Assembly: GCA_903884815.1 (NCBI GenBank)
Contig: CAISGE010000032.1
Location: 5,978-69,977, forward strand
DNA length: 64,000 bases
Reading direction: 5' to 3'
DNA from: Candidatus Omnitrophota bacterium
Lineage (GTDB): Bacteria; Omnitrophota; Omnitrophia; Omnitrophales; Aquincolibacteriaceae
Within the stretch, counting starts at the first letter, position 1. The number at the start of each line of letters is the position of its first letter. The position numbers and the translations under genes were made by a program. The notes beneath the pieces were generated by a model. The model saw only the letters and a program-made list of their open reading frames with translations, did not search any database and was not told the origin of the DNA. Shown piece by piece: positions 17,573 to 26,357 of this stretch.

Positions 17573-20500
17573 ATGGCGAGCCCCGGCATGATTAAAAAAT
17601 CCGAAAAGCAGAGCGGGTCCGTCATCCTGAGGCCCAAGGCCGAAGGATCTCGAGCGGGATCCTTCGCTCTGCTCAGGATGACGACAGTCTTGTTAAGTTG
17701 TTTCTGTCTCGTGCTGCTCTTTACCCCCACTGCTTTTGCGAATATCCTAGGCAATTCCACTTTTGAGCAGCCTCTGGGAGGCTCAAACCAAACGAACTGG
17801 AATGATACCCAAAATGCGACGCGCTACACCAATGCGGTTCTGGTGGGCGCCGGTTTTTCGGCGGATCCTGACGGGAATTATGCTTTGGTCCTTCCGGATA
17901 CCATGCCGCAGACTTTTACTTTTCAGGAAAATAGCAATATTAAACCCGGAGATTTTGTTGTCTTCAATGCTAATGCTGAATCCAATTTTAATATTGGCGG
18001 AAGCGGCACGTATGGAGATCTGAAAATTGAGTTTCGGCATAAAAATAGTGACGGCTCCACCACATTGATACGTGCGGATACATTGAGCGGCGAAACGGGT
18101 CAGGGGATGGATTGGTGGCAGGCACCTCCGGGCGGCGGGTATGTGGCATTCTCCGTGGCCGGAACAGCGCCCGAGGGAACCAACCTGGTGGTTTTTACCA
18201 TCGTTGCTGAAAATCCGACGGGTGCTGGTGAGATATTGGCTGTGACGAGTGCGAATGCCGAGATCAATCCCGCGAAATTATCCGTCGTCGCTTCGAAACG
18301 CAACGTGGCTCCCGGGGATCCCGTCGGGATTAACGCCCATTTTCTGAATTCCTCTGCGGATAGTTATCAAAATGTGAAAATGCTTTTCAATATCCCGCGC
18401 GGCTTTGACTATGCCCCCAAGTCTGTCAAAGTGAATGGCCACACGGCCACCTATAAGGATGGCTCGATCCTGGTGGATGTCGGGAATATGGTGCCCAATG
18501 ACGAGATCAGCGTCAGCTTTGTGACGCTTGTCTCAAACGGTGTTCAATTGGGACATGAGTATTCCCTGGACGCGACCCTGAGCGGCGATGCCGTGCTGCC
18601 TGTTCCCGGCGGAGTGGATGTTCTATTTCCCGGGCAACTCTCCCAAAAAGTGGCTGTGAAGTTTTTTGTTGAGGGCGATCCCGTGTTTGAACAGAGCACC
18701 GTGATCGGCAAGGTCTTCAACGATTTGAACCAGAACACGGTCCAGGATGCCGGCGAACCCGGTATCCCCTTTGTCCGGCTTTACACGGAAGAAGGTATCG
18801 GCATTGTGACCGACGAGAACGGCATGTATCACATCCCCGGCGTGAAACCCGGCCGGCATGTCGTCAAGATCGACGGCCACTCCCTGCCGGAGGGCACGAA
18901 ATTTATTTCGGAGGAAGCGTTTCTTATCAAGGCCACGGCCGGGGTCATGAGCAAAGCCAATTTTGCTGTTCTCTTGCCGCCTTCGGGGATCCCTGAGAAT
19001 TTCCAGAAGGATCTGATGGTGATGGTCACGCAGGGGGTCGATGTTTCCCGGCCGACGCTTGATGTCAAGATCACGCCGGATGTTGTGAAACTTGGCGTCG
19101 GGGTGCTTGAGAAAGAGCCGGTTTTCACGTTCGACAACAATTACGCGAAGTTCATTAAGAAATGGACGCTCGAGGTCCGTGATGCCATGGGACAGCCTGT
19201 CTGGACCGGCTACGGCGTCGGGCAGCCGCCGCCCGAAGTAACATGGACCGGTATCGAGGAATCGGGGCTTTTGGTCAAGCCCGGCACGTATTCCTATCAG
19301 CTGAAGGTCCGTGATGCGAAGAACCGTGAGGACTGGACGCCGCTGCAATTTTTCGAGGTCATGACCAAACAGGATCCGAAAGGGAAGTCAAACTATCATC
19401 CCGAGATCCCGCCCGTGGGGGACTTCAATCTTTTTAAGGACGGGAAGCGCAGCATCCCGCTCAACGCGAAGCCGGTCGTCCGCGTTCAGGGAAAGACCAA
19501 GCCCAAGAACAAGATCGAGATCAACGGCACGCCGGTCTCCGTGGACGGGGCGGACGGAATGTTCCAGAAAGAATTTTTCGTGGAGCCGGGTGAATATATG
19601 GTGAATATTTCTGCGACGACGCCCGAGGGAGAGACCACCAGCTTTAACAAGTCGATCAAGGTGAAGGACAGCCAGTTTTTCATGGTGGCATTGGGCGAGG
19701 AGCAGCTCGGGGAGAATTTTAACGGCGGCAACAAGGACGCCGCGGCATCGGGCGGTTTCCGCGACGGTTTTAGCGAGGACGGCCGCGCGGCTTTCTTTTT
19801 GAAAGGAAAGCTCAAGGGGAAATTCCTTGTGAAGGCCAAGTATGACACCTCCGACAAGCGCTCCGCGCTTTTCACGAATCTTAATCCCGATGACTATTAT
19901 CCGATCTACGGCGATAACTCGACGCTCGATCGCGAGGCCCAGGATACCGCGCAGCGGCTTTATGTCCTCGTGGAAATGGACCGCTCTTACGCCAAGTGGG
20001 GAAGCTTCAAGACGGAGTTCACGGACACGGAACTTGCCACCTACAACCGCACGCTCTCCGGGCTCAAGGTCAATTTCGATACGGTAGAGAGCACGGTCTA
20101 CGGCGACCCCAAGCGCGGGTTCAAGGTGTTTTCCGCGAAGTCGGACCACTTGGCCGATCACAACGAACTTTACGCGACCGGCGGCTCGCTTTTCTACACG
20201 CGGAACCGCAACATCGTCGAGGGCAGCGAAAAGATCCGCGTCGATATCCGCGACAAGATCCAGAACATGACGGTCGCGAGCTATGATCTTGTGGAGGGCA
20301 CCGATTACGAGATCAATTATAACGACGGGCGTATCCTTCTCTCCCGCTCGCTGTCTTCAGTCGCCGCGGCCGACACCATGACTTCGACGGATATCCTCGA
20401 TGGCGATCCCGTGTATTTGATCGTAGATTATGAATATGATCCCAGTGCCACCCCGACCTCCGTCCCGGATCAGGGCATACGGGGCTACACCTGGTTGGGG

Positions 20501-22402
20501 GATCACGTGAGGGTTGGAGCGACTGCCGTTCAGGAGAAGCGTCCGGGTTCGGATTATGACATGAATGGCGTCGATGCCATGTTCAAGTTCGGGCGGAACA
20601 CCAAGATCACCGCCGAATACGCCGAAACGATCAACCAGCAGATGGGAAGCTCATTCTCTTACGACGGCGGACTCAGCTACTTGGATGCGGACTCTATGAT
20701 CGGAGCGGGCCGGCATGCGAAGCCCCAGAACAGCGCGTATCTGATACGAGCTTCTTCCGAACCCGTCAAGGGGCTTGAAACGACGGGGTATGTGCAGGGC
20801 GTGGACCCGGGTTTTTCGAACGGTTACATGCGGGACCAAGAGGCCCTCGAAAAATACGGCTTGGCCGCGCGCTATAAGTTTACGGACAGTTTGTCTGCCC
20901 GGTATCGCTTCGATCACAATGCCGTTCTCGATAACTTGAAGCCGTTCAACGAGACGGGCGTTTACGGGCCTTACGAATCCCAAGAAACCCAGACCGCTCA
21001 GATCGTTTATGATGATGGGCAGTACCTCGCGGAACTCGAATACCAGCACCGCAATCTGGGACAGGTCACTCCTCTCAGCAACCAGACGGCGGATCTTACG
21101 AATCAAGTTCCCTTTAATGATGGCGTGACGGTCAAGGCGGGCTATCACATCAACGACCGGTTGCTTCCTTACGTGAAGGCGCAGTCGACGATGGACGGGA
21201 AGAACGACTGTCAGTTCGGCGGAGGCGTTCGTTACGAAGTGGTGAAGAGCCTCTTTGCCTACCTGGAAGAAATGGTCGGACCTCTCGGGGATTCGACCTA
21301 TTTCGGGTTTGAGCGACAGCACGAGAATGGCGCGCGCAGTTACGCGAACATCCGCTCCGTCGACCGCGGGATCGGCGACCAGACGCTCGGGACGGCGATC
21401 GGGAACTCTTTCGCGCTCACCGAAAAATCGCGCATGTATTCCGAACGCGAATATTCTTCCTACAAGGGAAGCGACGGCTACGCGGACATTTTGGGCTATG
21501 AGGGCAAGGCGGGTGACCATTGGGACTATGGCGCGAAGTATGAACGCCGGCGCCTGGTCGATTCCAGGGTCAGCGAGCTTCATCCGAGCAGTGTCATGAC
21601 AGTTATGCCCAACACGGCCTTTAACACCGCGGGTGCGAGCCTTGCGTATGCCGACGGGAAAAAATTCCGGGTGCGGACCTATCAGGAAGTCCGTGTCGCG
21701 CAGTCGCCTCCCAAGGCGAACCAGTACGTTACCCGGAACTCCCTGCAGTACCAGATCAATGAAGATCTGGGATTTCTCTCTTATCTGAATTACGGGGCGT
21801 CGTATCTCGTGGATGCCGTTCCCCAGAATTCTCAAGTGAACCTGACCAATTTCGCGGAGTTCAGCGCCGGGTTTGCTTACCGCCCGGTAAAGCTGGATAA
21901 GCTGAATATCCTGGCCCGCTACAATTATCTCCGGAATATCGCCAACGATTGGCAGTACCAGACCTACACTCCGACGGGGATGATGTTCAATGAGATCGCC
22001 AACATTTTTTCCACAGACATCGGCTATGATGTGAACCGCTATTTCGGCTTGGTGGAAAAATTGGCCTGGAAGAATTCCGCGCTGCAATCCCAGTTCCGCG
22101 ACCAGGTCACTCTTTCCCGGGACACGGTGGACACCACGAGCGTCAACACGTTCCTGACCGCGAACCGCATCAATTTCCATGTGACGCGAAAGTGGGATCT
22201 GGCTCTGGAATACCGGATCCTGATGCAGACCTACACCGCGGACAGTTTAAAGCAAGGCGCCCTGGTCGAAGTGGACCGCGAATTTTATGAATACGTGCGG
22301 CTCGGAGTGGGGTATAATTTTACCGATTTCAGCGATGACCTGCGCAACCCGAACAGTTTCAGCAATCACGGGCCGTTCGTGCGCATGACCGGTAAATTTT
22401 AA
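17573..22402 (+). CDS. Large multidomain outer-membrane protein: CBM-like N-domain, DUF11-like, SdrD-B-like, FlgD-Ig-like and C-terminal beta-barrel
   Basis: NILGNSTFE start of mature domain; ASKRNVAPGDPV...IPRGFDY (DUF11-like); GKVFNDLNQNTVQDAGEPGIP...TDENGMYHI (SdrD-B-like); WTLEVRD...TWTG...PGTYSYQL; ends GPFVRMTGKF. Start may be 17573, 17588 or 17678. Confidence 0.75.
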   Translation: MASPGMIKKSEKQSGSVILRPKAEGSRAGSFALLRMTTVLLSCFCLVLLFTPTAFANILGNSTFEQPLGGSNQTNWNDTQNATRYTNAVLVGAGFSADPDGNYALVLPDTMPQTFTFQENSNIKPGDFVVFNANAESNFNIGGSGTYGDLKIEFRHKNSDGSTTLIRADTLSGETGQGMDWWQAPPGGGYVAFSVAGTAPEGTNLVVFTIVAENPTGAGEILAVTSANAEINPAKLSVVASKRNVAPGDPVGINAHFLNSSADSYQNVKMLFNIPRGFDYAPKSVKVNGHTATYKDGSILVDVGNMVPNDEISVSFVTLVSNGVQLGHEYSLDATLSGDAVLPVPGGVDVLFPGQLSQKVAVKFFVEGDPVFEQSTVIGKVFNDLNQNTVQDAGEPGIPFVRLYTEEGIGIVTDENGMYHIPGVKPGRHVVKIDGHSLPEGTKFISEEAFLIKATAGVMSKANFAVLLPPSGIPENFQKDLMVMVTQGVDVSRPTLDVKITPDVVKLGVGVLEKEPVFTFDNNYAKFIKKWTLEVRDAMGQPVWTGYGVGQPPPEVTWTGIEESGLLVKPGTYSYQLKVRDAKNREDWTPLQFFEVMTKQDPKGKSNYHPEIPPVGDFNLFKDGKRSIPLNAKPVVRVQGKTKPKNKIEINGTPVSVDGADGMFQKEFFVEPGEYMVNISATTPEGETTSFNKSIKVKDSQFFMVALGEEQLGENFNGGNKDAAASGGFRDGFSEDGRAAFFLKGKLKGKFLVKAKYDTSDKRSALFTNLNPDDYYPIYGDNSTLDREAQDTAQRLYVLVEMDRSYAKWGSFKTEFTDTELATYNRTLSGLKVNFDTVESTVYGDPKRGFKVFSAKSDHLADHNELYATGGSLFYTRNRNIVEGSEKIRVDIRDKIQNMTVASYDLVEGTDYEINYNDGRILLSRSLSSVAAADTMTSTDILDGDPVYLIVDYEYDPSATPTSVPDQGIRGYTWLGDHVRVGATAVQEKRPGSDYDMNGVDAMFKFGRNTKITAEYAETINQQMGSSFSYDGGLSYLDADSMIGAGRHAKPQNSAYLIRASSEPVKGLETTGYVQGVDPGFSNGYMRDQEALEKYGLAARYKFTDSLSARYRFDHNAVLDNLKPFNETGVYGPYESQETQTAQIVYDDGQYLAELEYQHRNLGQVTPLSNQTADLTNQVPFNDGVTVKAGYHINDRLLPYVKAQSTMDGKNDCQFGGGVRYEVVKSLFAYLEEMVGPLGDSTYFGFERQHENGARSYANIRSVDRGIGDQTLGTAIGNSFALTEKSRMYSEREYSSYKGSDGYADILGYEGKAGDHWDYGAKYERRRLVDSRVSELHPSSVMTVMPNTAFNTAGASLAYADGKKFRVRTYQEVRVAQSPPKANQYVTRNSLQYQINEDLGFLSYLNYGASYLVDAVPQNSQVNLTNFAEFSAGFAYRPVKLDKLNILARYNYLRNIANDWQYQTYTPTGMMFNEIANIFSTDIGYDVNRYFGLVEKLAWKNSALQSQFRDQVTLSRDTVDTTSVNTFLTANRINFHVTRKWDLALEYRILMQTYTADSLKQGALVEVDREFYEYVRLGVGYNFTDFSDDLRNPNSFSNHGPFVRMTGKF
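17621..17682. repeat. REP-like palindromic element GTCATCCTGAG...CGAAGGATC / GATCCTTCG...CTCAGGATGAC
   Basis: Terminal GTCATCCTGAG pairs with CTCAGGATGAC; inner CGAAGGATC pairs with GATCCTTCG. Confidence 0.85.
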
Positions 22403-22412
22403 GGAGATCTCC

Positions 22413-22805
22413 ATGAAACGTTTTATTTCGATCGCTCTTATGTTGGTGCTGAGTATTGGATTGGCCGCCTGTAACACCGTCGGGAAAGTTTTGCCGCCGA
22501 ACGATGAAGTGCTCGTTTATCCGCTTTCCTATGATCTGACCTATCTGCGTACCATGGAAGCTGTCGATGGTCGGGAGACTTGGAAGCTTGAGGAGACGGA
22601 TAAGGAAAAAGGCATCATTACCGTCCGCGATACCAATTACAGCAGTCTGAATGATTCCGATAAGAGGGTCATCACATTTCAGGTTAAACGCCTGGATCGC
22701 GGAATGTCCTCTGTCTCCATTGCCCCGGACAGCCAAAAGGTTTTTGGCGGCGCCGATCTTATGAAGGCGGTCGCTGCGGCACTTGGTCGCGAGACTCACT
22801 CCTGA
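22413..22805 (+). CDS. Small lipoprotein (BamC/DUF3568-like helix-grip fold suspected)
   Basis: Lipobox LAAC after hydrophobic stretch; AAGGAG RBS; TDKEKGIITV motif. Confidence 0.75.
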   Translation: MKRFISIALMLVLSIGLAACNTVGKVLPPNDEVLVYPLSYDLTYLRTMEAVDGRETWKLEETDKEKGIITVRDTNYSSLNDSDKRVITFQVKRLDRGMSSVSIAPDSQKVFGGADLMKAVAAALGRETHS

Positions 22806-25593
22806 TCTTCCCTTGGATTCGATCCTGCTGCGTGGGGTCAAGACCCACAATCTCAAAGATCTCGATTTAGAACTTCCGCATCGCAAGCTCTACGTTATTA
22901 CCGGAGTATCCGGTTCCGGCAAGTCCTCCCTGGCTTTTGATACGCTCTATGCCGAGGGTCAACGCCGCTATATTGAATCCGTTTCCGCCTACGCGCGGCA
23001 GTTCCTTGAACGCATGGCGAAGCCCGATGTGGCCTCGGCGTCCGGGATTCCTCCCGCTCTTGCCATTCAGGCCAAGAATGCCATCACGAATGCCCGATCC
23101 ACGGTCGGGACCCAAACTGAGATCAATGAATACCTCCGGGTCCTTTTCGCGCGGATCGGTCGGCCCCGGTGTCCCGATTGCCGCGAGCAAGTCGAAAAGT
23201 ATGATCCCGCGAAAGTCGCGGCGCGTCTTGCAGCGAAGTTTCCCGGTGAGGAAGCGCGCATCGCTTTTCAGATGGCGGTGGGGAAAAGCACCGCGAAATA
23301 TCTGCGCGAGAATCTGGAAGAGCTGGAGCGTCAGGGGTTCGGCTCGTTTTTCTATGACGGGGCCTGGATCGACGCGGCATCTTTGATCAGGAAAAAAGCT
23401 ATTTTGAAAACACTGCGCGTGAGCGTGGACCTTGTGAAGATCACCCCGGCGAATAAGGAACGTCTTACGGATTCTCTGGAGCAGGCCTTTCGCCTTGGCC
23501 GCAATGAGGCCCAAGTGGGGGTGGCTGGTAAAGATCTGGAATTTTCCGAGACGCTCCGGTGCGCCTCCTGCGGGCGTTCATTCCCTGAGCCGACGCCCAA
23601 TCTTTTTTCCTTCAACAGCCCCCTCGGCGCGTGTTCTACCTGCCAGGGATTTGGCCGCGTCATCACGATCGATTGGGATCTCGTCGTGCCGGATCCGGAG
23701 AAGTCGATCCGGGAGGGCGTGATCGAGCCGTGGACCAAAGCCAGCACCCGCTGGGAACAGGGACAGCTCCTTGATTTTTGCGAACGCAAGCGGATCTCTG
23801 TACGCCTGCCTTGGAAGGATCTGAAGGCCCAGCATCGGAAGTGGATCCTGGAAGGTTATGAAGGCGACGAGTTCGCGAGCGTTCGCGACTTTTTTGAGTA
23901 CATGAATAAAAAGGCCTACCGGATGCATGTGAGGATCTTCCTCAATCGTTATCGCGGCTACGCGCCTTGCGGGACTTGCCACATGACCCGGCTTAAGCCT
24001 GAAGCGATGGATTTCCTGGTGCGCGAAAAAAATATCGCGCAGGCGCAGGCCCTTAGCATTGAGGAGCTTTATCCGTTCCTTGAGACGCTGGAACCCACCG
24101 CAGAGGAAAAGGAAAAAGTCGAGCCCGTTCTCGAGGAGCTGCTTGCGCGCGTGCGGTTCTTGAAGGACGTCGGCCTGGGTTATCTCACGCTTGACCGCAT
24201 GTCGCGCACGCTTTCGGGCGGGGAGGTGGAGCGGATCCATCTGGCGAGTTCCCTGGGGTCCGCGCTCGTGGACACGCTTTACGTGCTGGATGAACCGAGT
24301 ATCGGACTTCATGAGCGCGATAACCAGATGCTGATCGCCCTTCTCCGGAAATTGCGAGATCTCGGGAACACGGTCGTGGTCGTGGAGCATGACCGGACCA
24401 TGATCATGGCCGCGGACAGCGTGATCGATTTGGGGCCCGCGGGCGGCGCGAAAGGCGGAGAGCTTATCTTTCAGGGAAGTCCGGAAGATCTCAAAAAATA
24501 TCCGGGTTCCGTGACGGGGGAATATCTGGCCGGCAAACGCGCCATTACCCGGAGGGTTCGCCCTGCTGCTGATGAATCGCGGAGGATCACGGTCCGCGGG
24601 GCGACGGCGCATAATTTAAAAGAGATCGATGTCGATATTCCCCTTGGCCGCTTTACGGTCCTGACGGGCGTGTCCGGATCCGGGAAAAGTACGTTCCTTT
24701 ACGAGATCCTCTATAATCATTTTCTTAAGTTCAAAGGTCGTCCGGTGTCGCAGGAGGAACTGGGGACGGTGAAAAAGATCCGCGGTTTTGAGCCTCTGTC
24801 GGATATGGTGCTGATCGACCAATCACCGCTCGGTCGTTCGCCACGTTCCAATCCCGCCACTTATATGAAGGCGTTCGAGGATATCCGCAAGATCTTCGCG
24901 GCGACGCCTGAGGCCCGGCGTGAAGGGTTCGACGCGGGGCATTTTTCTTTCAATGTCGAAAAGGGCCGCTGCCCGGTTTGCGAAGGGGACGGCGCGGTGA
25001 AAGTCGAGATGCATTTCCTGGCGGATATTTTTGTGCCCTGCGAAGAATGCCATGGGAAGCGTTTCAAGCCTGAAGTGCTCGAGATTCGGTATCAGGGAAA
25101 AAACATCGATCAAGTTCTTGCGATGACGGTTGAGGAGGTCTTGGATTTTCTGGGTCATCACCGGGGGCTCGTCGAGAAACTTTCCATTCTCAAGAAGATC
25201 GGCCTTGGTTATTTACGGCTCGGGCAACCGACACTCACCCTTTCGGGAGGGGAGGCCCAGCGCCTGAAGCTTGCGTTCGAACTATTGAGTGGGACTTCCG
25301 GACCGTCCCTTTATCTCCTCGATGAACCGACGACAGGGCTCCATGAGGACGATGTCCAGCATCTCGTCCGTGCTTTTGAAGAGCTTCTCGATCGGGGGCA
25401 TTCCCTCCTTGTGATCGAGCATCATTTGGGGCTGATCGGCCTCGCCGATCATGTGATCGATCTCGGGCCGGAAGGCGGGGACAAGGGAGGGCAAGTCGTT
25501 TATCAAGGGGATATTGCCGGTCTGGTGGCGTGTGAGGCCTCGTATACAGGGAAATATCTTAAAAGATATTTCCGGGAAACGGGTAACGGGTAA
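22783..25593 (+). CDS. uvrA: Excinuclease ABC subunit A
   Basis: Two ABC modules (GVSGSGKS twice, LSGGE twice, DEPSIGLH/DEPTTGLH), CxxC zinc fingers, FSFNSPLGAC. Confidence 0.96.
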   Translation: MVARLTPDLPLDSILLRGVKTHNLKDLDLELPHRKLYVITGVSGSGKSSLAFDTLYAEGQRRYIESVSAYARQFLERMAKPDVASASGIPPALAIQAKNAITNARSTVGTQTEINEYLRVLFARIGRPRCPDCREQVEKYDPAKVAARLAAKFPGEEARIAFQMAVGKSTAKYLRENLEELERQGFGSFFYDGAWIDAASLIRKKAILKTLRVSVDLVKITPANKERLTDSLEQAFRLGRNEAQVGVAGKDLEFSETLRCASCGRSFPEPTPNLFSFNSPLGACSTCQGFGRVITIDWDLVVPDPEKSIREGVIEPWTKASTRWEQGQLLDFCERKRISVRLPWKDLKAQHRKWILEGYEGDEFASVRDFFEYMNKKAYRMHVRIFLNRYRGYAPCGTCHMTRLKPEAMDFLVREKNIAQAQALSIEELYPFLETLEPTAEEKEKVEPVLEELLARVRFLKDVGLGYLTLDRMSRTLSGGEVERIHLASSLGSALVDTLYVLDEPSIGLHERDNQMLIALLRKLRDLGNTVVVVEHDRTMIMAADSVIDLGPAGGAKGGELIFQGSPEDLKKYPGSVTGEYLAGKRAITRRVRPAADESRRITVRGATAHNLKEIDVDIPLGRFTVLTGVSGSGKSTFLYEILYNHFLKFKGRPVSQEELGTVKKIRGFEPLSDMVLIDQSPLGRSPRSNPATYMKAFEDIRKIFAATPEARREGFDAGHFSFNVEKGRCPVCEGDGAVKVEMHFLADIFVPCEECHGKRFKPEVLEIRYQGKNIDQVLAMTVEEVLDFLGHHRGLVEKLSILKKIGLGYLRLGQPTLTLSGGEAQRLKLAFELLSGTSGPSLYLLDEPTTGLHEDDVQHLVRAFEELLDRGHSLLVIEHHLGLIGLADHVIDLGPEGGDKGGQVVYQGDIAGLVACEASYTGKYLKRYFRETGNG

Positions 25594-25631
25594 CGGATGT
25601 CGAGTGCGTTCGGCGTTCCACGTTCTCCGAG
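25577..25631. repeat. Heptamer-built inverted repeat (AACGGGT x3 / CGTTCNN x3)
   Basis: aaacggg taacggg taacgga ... cgttcgg cgttcca cgttctc; overlaps uvrA stop. Confidence 0.75.
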
Positions 25632-25686
25632 GAGACGCGCGAAGCGCCTATTTGCACTCCCTTCCTTTATAGGGTATTCTTAAGGC

Positions 25687-26175
25687 ATGAATAAAAAAGC
25701 CTGGTTTCTTCTATTTATAGGAGTGCTCGCCAGCTTGAACCTTGCCTCGGTCCGGAAGTCTGAGGATCCGATAAGGGATACGCAGACGAATCCCATTCTT
25801 TACGAGCAGAAGAAGGAAGAGGAAAAGGATGGGAAAAAAGGTCCTCTGATGTATCACGTCAAAAACGATCCCCACGAGACCTTTTTTATCGATCCTCCGA
25901 TCCAAGCGGAACCCAAGACGCCGGAGAAGGTTGCTACTGAAACGGTTCTTCCGACCTCCACCGATACCGCGGGATGGTGGGAGGAGCAGTCTACGGGTTC
26001 CGCCGAGGCCGTGGCTCCCGCTAAGGAAGTTGTTCCGACATCCCTGTCGGAACCCATCCCGGGAGAGGAACAAGTTCAAGAAGTCAAGGGTACGGAGAAG
26101 GATTCCGAGCCCCCTGTCGCTGAGGCGGACGCCGTGAAGGCTTCCGGGGCCAAGGGCGAAGACTATTGGTGGTAA
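25687..26175 (+). CDS. Hypothetical exported/anchored acidic low-complexity protein
   Basis: N-terminal hydrophobic segment, E/P/T-rich body, ends GEDYWW; TTGCAC...TATTCT promoter-like sequence upstream. Confidence 0.65.
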   Translation: MNKKAWFLLFIGVLASLNLASVRKSEDPIRDTQTNPILYEQKKEEEKDGKKGPLMYHVKNDPHETFFIDPPIQAEPKTPEKVATETVLPTSTDTAGWWEEQSTGSAEAVAPAKEVVPTSLSEPIPGEEQVQEVKGTEKDSEPPVAEADAVKASGAKGEDYWW

Positions 26176-26182
26176 TTAGATT

Positions 26183-26256
26183 CTCGGGGAACGTGGAACG
26201 GGCAACGAGAAATGAAAAAAGATATTTCGTTCAACGTTCCCCGTTAGCCGTTACCC
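26183..26256. repeat. Heptamer-built inverted repeat (GAACGNN x3 / CGTTNNN x4)
   Basis: gaacgtg gaacggg caacgag ... cgttcaa cgttccc cgttagc cgttacc. Confidence 0.75.
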
Positions 26257-26357
26257 CTACTATAAATGCGTGTATTTTGCTCTTCAAGCAGGTATAATTC
26301 TCGCTGTTTTCCTGGGGATGCTCCCCATAACCTATCTTCAAAAAAGGTGGTTTTTTT

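Noticed and set aside
20651-22180. Long antisense ORFs (also 48712-50166, 5817-7223, 39443-40699, 3119-4336 and others)
   Set aside because: Shadows of well-supported + strand genes in GC-rich sequence; no recognisable motifs
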